The notes under the pieces: generated by a model | The model's database searches: none | Seen by the model: the letters and a program-made list of their open reading frames with translations, nothing else | What the model was told of the DNA's origin: nothing | Assembly: GCA_964455675.1 (NCBI GenBank) | Contig: CAYVYK010000002.1 | Span: forward strand, 185,440-205,439 | Origin: an uncultured Methanosarcinales archaeon | Lineage (GTDB): Archaea; Nanobdellota; Nanobdellia; Woesearchaeales; CAYVYK01 | Length of the DNA: 20,000 nt | Direction of reading: 5' to 3' | Shown here: one piece after another, positions 15,860 through 20,000 of the stretch | Layout: each line of letters opens with the position of its first letter | Numbering within the stretch: position 1 is the first letter of the stretch | Translations under genes and position numbers: made by a program

Positions 15860-16021
15860 TTACATCTGGCCAGTATCTGCGTACTTCTTCATGAGTCGCT
15901 CAACGACGATCTGCGGCGCGTATCCTGATCTGCTGCATGCTTTCACAAAAAGGTCGTACGTTGGCCTGTCAACTGCGTAATCAAGTCGTATCTTTGGAGG
16001 ATCTTTTGGTCGTGCTGCCAT
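15860..16021 (-). CDS. 53-aa ribbon-helix-helix-like small protein (below the ORF-track cutoff)
   Basis: Translated by hand: MAARPKDPPKIRLDYAVDRPTYDLFVKACSRSGYAPQIVVERLMKKYADTGQM*. SD-like AGGTGA lies just upstream and TTTATATA is at 16056-16063 on the minus strand. Confidence 0.8.
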   Translation of the reverse strand: MAARPKDPPKIRLDYAVDRPTYDLFVKACSRSGYAPQIVVERLMKKYADTGQM

Positions 16022-16114
16022 AATGTATCACCTAGCAGCATGCCTGACGCAGGACTATATAAAATGTTGGCAGCGTAACATTTAAAAAAGCCCCCCTGCT
16101 CATTATCCTCTGTC

Positions 16115-16185
16115 GCGCCAATAGTTGAACGGCACAATGGGACCTTGCCAAGGTCTTGGTCCGGGTTCGATTCCCGGTTGGCGCA
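16115..16185 (+). tRNA. tRNA-Gly (GCC), intronless, CCA not encoded
   Basis: Acceptor GCGCCAA/TTGGCGC plus discriminator A; D arm GTTG/CAAT; anticodon arm GGACC-TTGCCAA-GGTCT; T arm CCGGG-TTCGATT-CCCGG. TATA TTTAAAAA at 16081-16088. Confidence 0.97.
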
Positions 16186-16252
16186 GTTTTCAGTAACAAT
16201 CCCAAACGGGACCTGCGACAAGTGGGCGTTAGCGATCTTTGATCGCTCTACG

Positions 16253-16265
16253 CCCGGTTGGCGCA
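16253..16265 (+). repeat. 13-bp direct repeat of the tRNA-Gly 3' end (att-like)
   Basis: CCCGGTTGGCGCA occurs at 16173-16185 and again at 16253-16265. Confidence 0.85.
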
Positions 16266-16399
16266 TTACAACGAGTTCTAACGAAACCCAACCGGGCTAC
16301 GAACGATCGAGAGTCTGCCAGGTTGTGGCAATTTCACTTTCAAGCTGTATGGGGAGTACCGGAAAGGGAATTAGAATGGATATACCGGGAAACGAATTC

Positions 16400-19300
16400 C
16401 TACGTTCTAATCTGCTGTTGGATGTCATATATTAACCGCGACATAGCTTGTTTGTCGGGTATTTTTCCCTCATTGATGTACAAGAGCTGTACATCGTCGA
16501 AGAGAGCATACGTCTGCAAGTCACTTAGTCCGCGCTCATGCCAAGAACTAGTAGATATGACATGTGCGATTCTTTGCCGATGATTATATGGGAAGTGCTG
16601 ATTGTTCAGGATCTCCTCGGCAAAAAGTTCGGCTCTCAGAAGCGCGTTTGAGGAGGCATGCTTCACACGTGATCCGTTAGTAAGATCTTTTTTGGAGAAG
16701 ATATGCTCATGTGGAGTGTCACCATTACCATTGGTGAGACTCCTTGCTGTTGGTGTTATCACATCTGCTGCCTGCAGTTGACTGTTGTCTTGCCTCTCCA
16801 TGGGATCTGATTTTCTTGCTCTGTATCCATCACAGATACTCTTGTACAGTTCATCATCCCTCCTTACGTATCCGACGATTGCTTCGATGTTTTTTGGTAT
16901 TTCATCCAGAACTCGCGTAATATTTTCGGGTGTCCCGTCATCACCTCTTCTTGCACACCTAATACGGTCAATCATGATCTGAGCGTCGGGTGCATGGGCT
17001 AGGTAAGCATACGCCATATCCCTATCAATAGCTGCCAGTGCTCTAGTTCGCCGTATTTTGTTCCTGAATAGCTGCACTGCAACCTGGAGGGAGTACAACC
17101 GTGCAACAACAATGTCATTTCGAAACGGCCCGCGATGCGACGGATTATGTCGAATAATCTGTTCACAGATTTTTACATAATCAATTGTTTTTTGTTTGGC
17201 TAGGTCTAAGATTGATTCTAGCGATCTTCTACACTGTTCAATGCAATCCATTTGCCAATCCATATTGTGGTCAGCTACATACTCACTTGTTGCGATTAAT
17301 CGGTATCCCAGGTGGTAGTCATCTGCTGCCATACCCCTTATGCGACCTATGGCATCTCCCGCCCTCCGAAGCCTTTTCAGGATATCTACAGGACCACGAA
17401 GGGTAATCTTATCCTCCGATAGAATCTCATCCTCATCTGCGAGTTTCTGGAGTTTATCCCTATCAAAATTATTTAGAATGTGTGACAGTCGGGGATTGTC
17501 AATGAGGGCATCAATCTCCTTCTTATGCTCAGGATCAATCTCTTGGAGTGTCAGATACTTCTGGCGGTCTCTTACATGGGGACGGTAAAGCGCAAGCATC
17601 TGTACACGTAGTGGTTTATCATCAGCGACTTCAACAACACAAGGGCTTGTCTTCACCCACTTTTGTAGCTCATGTATTTGTGCGCGGAGAATATTCTTCC
17701 TCAGAACAGGATCATCATACCGAGTGTGAGACTCAGTGTTATAAACCATCGAATGCGCATGCTTGAATTCACGGATGCTTAACCACCTCACCGGGAGGGT
17801 ATCTTGCAGTGCGGAGTCCTGTGTAACTGCCGCTTCCATAATCTTGTCGAGCATACGGTGGTCACGAGCCTCCCGCACCCACAAAGAAACAGAGAATAAA
17901 TTCGCGGTCAATTGCCGAGTATCATGAGTCTTTGCGTATTCTCTAAACGCCCCTTTATTGACAAAGATGTTATTCCAAGTTTTTCCCTTGAAGGTGGAAT
18001 AAGCCGGTAGGTCATCGGGAGTTTGGATGGTGACTCCTGCACCTGCCAAACGGTTAATAGAACGAACCGCCGGACAGTCTCTGCTCCAGAGGATGTAAAC
18101 CAATGGTCTTCCCGATCTTACATAGTCAGCTAATTGGGTTCTGTCTCTATCCCCAAAAATGTTTCCCGATTTCACTTCGATGATCTGCTCTAAGTTTCTC
18201 TGTCCATAATCTACGATCCTCACCGACTCGTTTCCTTTTAGAATAATCTGGTGTTCTATACTTGGATTCTGGAGCGCAAGCAGAATTCCCACATACTGCT
18301 CAAAGGCTAGACCAAAATTAAAGAAAGTGGGTGTATCATTTCTAACAATCTTACCCGGATTAACTTGCTTCCGTAGCTCCTTATACTGCTTTGTCAGAGC
18401 AATCAGCTCTTCGTCACGATCTGCCCACTTGTGGGCACCGCCGAGCAATGACTTGAAGAATATCCCTCGTTCCGGACTGGTCGTTCCTTTTCCTCTGAGT
18501 AAGTTTTCCAGTCCACGAAGTTTGGTGTACCCAAGTACTCCATTGCAGTCTTCTGATCTAAGGCTTTCTGCAGTCGTTGCCCCAGACCATTTTCTTAATA
18601 ATTCACGCTGCAAATCCCGGTTCCCCTGAATTTTTCTGGAAAGAATTCGCAAGAAGGGTGAATATTGATACGAACCAGGGTAAACAGAATGCCCTGTGAC
18701 GTCTAAATCATGAATTAATACTTCACGCGGTGTTTGTTGTACGTATCTGACCGAGAAATTTTGTATATACTCCCTTCGGGCTCTTGAGATAATAGGAACT
18801 CGGTTTTGTCGTGCAAGATTCCTGAAATAGGTAATATCTCCGTTCAGTTTGTGTTTACCCCCGGTGATAATTGTCGCGATGCTACGATGGTGAGAATGCA
18901 ACAGCGCACTAGCCTTTCCGATCTCGTCCCGAGATGTAATACCAGTTATTTTTGAAAACACCTCCCATTGAAGTCGTGGATCTGATGATATTCGGGCTGA
19001 TACAGCGCTAAGGTAACTATACTCGTAACAGATGTTTACATCTACCCTTGGTAGGAGCGCCCGTAGCTGATCTGCACTCATTCTCCGTACATTGTCAGCA
19101 GTCAGTTGTTCTAGACTCTCCTGGTGTAGTTTCGTGAGCGCAGGAAGACCCAGTGATTTCGCGACGTCCCGTAGTGTATCTGCATACGCTCTATAACCCG
19201 ACGGTTTGTTAGTGAAGAGTACCTCAAGTCTCTTCCAACCTCCTCGACTTGATGTACTCTCCTTGGTGATCTCTTCCAACGCGGTAAATCCAGTTGCAAC

Positions 19301-19501
19301 TAAAAATAGGGTTCGTTCAATACCCAAGCGCTTAATCATATGTCGTTGACGTCCATACCTCAGGGTAATTGATTTAGGGAGTTCTTCACGTATCTCCTTG
19401 GGGGTTCTATGTTTAGCATACTCCTGAATCGCCAGTTCAATTTCCTCCCGAGGAGTCCCTGATGGAAAAGATGACAGAATATGAAATAGTCCGCCTTCCA
19501 T
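16400..19501 (-). CDS. 1033-aa hypothetical protein: three N-terminal tandem repeats, central PD-(D/E)XK nuclease, helical C-terminal region
   Basis: Long ORF with its own TATA box. Candidate nuclease residues GLAFE401, RIVD431, IIE442VK444 and Q456LADY460. Confidence 0.8.
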   Translation of the reverse strand: MEGGLFHILSSFPSGTPREEIELAIQEYAKHRTPKEIREELPKSITLRYGRQRHMIKRLGIERTLFLVATGFTALEEITKESTSSRGGWKRLEVLFTNKPSGYRAYADTLRDVAKSLGLPALTKLHQESLEQLTADNVRRMSADQLRALLPRVDVNICYEYSYLSAVSARISSDPRLQWEVFSKITGITSRDEIGKASALLHSHHRSIATIITGGKHKLNGDITYFRNLARQNRVPIISRARREYIQNFSVRYVQQTPREVLIHDLDVTGHSVYPGSYQYSPFLRILSRKIQGNRDLQRELLRKWSGATTAESLRSEDCNGVLGYTKLRGLENLLRGKGTTSPERGIFFKSLLGGAHKWADRDEELIALTKQYKELRKQVNPGKIVRNDTPTFFNFGLAFEQYVGILLALQNPSIEHQIILKGNESVRIVDYGQRNLEQIIEVKSGNIFGDRDRTQLADYVRSGRPLVYILWSRDCPAVRSINRLAGAGVTIQTPDDLPAYSTFKGKTWNNIFVNKGAFREYAKTHDTRQLTANLFSVSLWVREARDHRMLDKIMEAAVTQDSALQDTLPVRWLSIREFKHAHSMVYNTESHTRYDDPVLRKNILRAQIHELQKWVKTSPCVVEVADDKPLRVQMLALYRPHVRDRQKYLTLQEIDPEHKKEIDALIDNPRLSHILNNFDRDKLQKLADEDEILSEDKITLRGPVDILKRLRRAGDAIGRIRGMAADDYHLGYRLIATSEYVADHNMDWQMDCIEQCRRSLESILDLAKQKTIDYVKICEQIIRHNPSHRGPFRNDIVVARLYSLQVAVQLFRNKIRRTRALAAIDRDMAYAYLAHAPDAQIMIDRIRCARRGDDGTPENITRVLDEIPKNIEAIVGYVRRDDELYKSICDGYRARKSDPMERQDNSQLQAADVITPTARSLTNGNGDTPHEHIFSKKDLTNGSRVKHASSNALLRAELFAEEILNNQHFPYNHRQRIAHVISTSSWHERGLSDLQTYALFDDVQLLYINEGKIPDKQAMSRLIYDIQQQIRT

Positions 19502-19523
19502 GGTAGTGATGAAGAAAAAACCC

Positions 19524-19531
19524 TATTTAAA
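19524..19531 (-). promoter_or_regulatory. TATA box for the 1033-aa gene
   Basis: TTTAAATA on the minus strand, 22 nt before ATG 19501, the same spacing as the housekeeping genes. Confidence 0.65.
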
Positions 19532-19718
19532 TCTATAGTTTGTCACTACTCTCAGATGAACACCCAATTGGTCGACTGCAGATTAGAGAGATATTGTTAA
19601 AGATAATGCATCTAAAACAGATATTACCGTCCGGGGAATACCGCCCATATTCTGATACGTCAAAATCAGATGAAAAGTGGACGCACTGAACTGCTGATGT
19701 TATGTGCGGTCGTCGCAT

Positions 19719-20000
19719 TTAAATTATTCTGTCCGAGAGCGCCTCATGATCTAGCTTACTCTTGCGTTTATGGCAGTCTTTGCAGAGCGTCCGCAGATTT
19801 GCTTTTTCAAGGAGAGTTCCGCCCATCTGCACGGGAATGATATGGTCAACGTCAAGCTGTGATTTTCGCAGTCTTTGCTTGCATATGCTGCATCGGTAGT
19901 GGTCCCGTCGCAGTACGTCCTTTCTGACGAAATACCAGGAGTTTTCCCGGTTAAAGTGGTCCATGCATGCTTTTGAGCAGTAATGCCGTCGTCCGCTAGC
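19719..20000 (-). CDS. HNH endonuclease with N-terminal Zn-finger half-motif; 5'-partial
   Basis: RD.YRCSIC...LDVDHIIP...GG.....NLRTLCKDCH..K. The frame stays open to the window edge, adding ASGRRHYCSKAC before the Met at 19964. Confidence 0.92.
   Translation of the reverse strand, partial: ASGRRHYCSKACMDHFNRENSWYFVRKDVLRRDHYRCSICKQRLRKSQLDVDHIIPVQMGGTLLEKANLRTLCKDCHKRKSKLDHEALSDRII

Noticed and set aside
16186..16265. Possible second, decayed tRNA-Gly copy (ACAAT, GGGACCT and the 3' 13-mer)
   Set aside because: No cloverleaf, T-loop or 5' acceptor strand; only the 13-bp repeat is solid.
15943..16583. ORFs of 96-114 aa overlapping the tRNA and its trailer
   Set aside because: They overlap a clear tRNA, the small RHH-like gene or the large ORF, and have no protein features.
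19533..19718. 61-aa minus-strand ORF between the nuclease genes
   Set aside because: No SD, motif or recognisable composition, and it ends at the downstream promoter; cannot be supported without homologs.
19944..19952. TTCCCGGTT matching the tRNA T-arm as a distal att site
   Set aside because: Only 9 bp and inside the HNH coding sequence; compatible with chance.
1..20000. CRISPR array, integrase, transposase or reverse transcriptase
   Set aside because: No regularly spaced repeats or diagnostic motifs were seen in the window.

Overview
Archaeal scaffold window, most consistent with a DPANN/Woesearchaeota-like genome. This taxonomy is inferred from archaeal ribosomal proteins, aIF-1A, TATA-box promoters and DPANN-style surface-protein motifs. 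From left to right: a translationally coupled three-gene surface-hydrolase cluster (membrane-anchored alpha/beta hydrolase, RDD protein, 1373-aa subtilase with PGF-pre-PGF domain); a full-length family B DNA polymerase homolog with nearly all catalytic motifs substituted; a small membrane protein; aIF-1A; a ROK kinase; a hairpin-rich ~230-nt intergenic segment (candidate ncRNA); the rps19e-PDCD5-rpl39e-rpl31e cluster (100-N scaffold gap in rpl31e); a DRG GTPase; a bacterial-style DEAD-box helicase; an uncalled 53-aa RHH-like ORF; and tRNA-Gly(GCC) followed by a duplicated tRNA 3' end with competing hairpins. The window ends with an accessory-looking module: a 1033-aa protein (three ~116-120-aa N-terminal repeats, central PD-(D/E)XK nuclease, helical C-terminus) and a co-oriented Zn-finger HNH nuclease truncated by the window edge. 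The best candidates for an undescribed system are this tRNA-adjacent repeat-nuclease/HNH module and the inactivated PolB.
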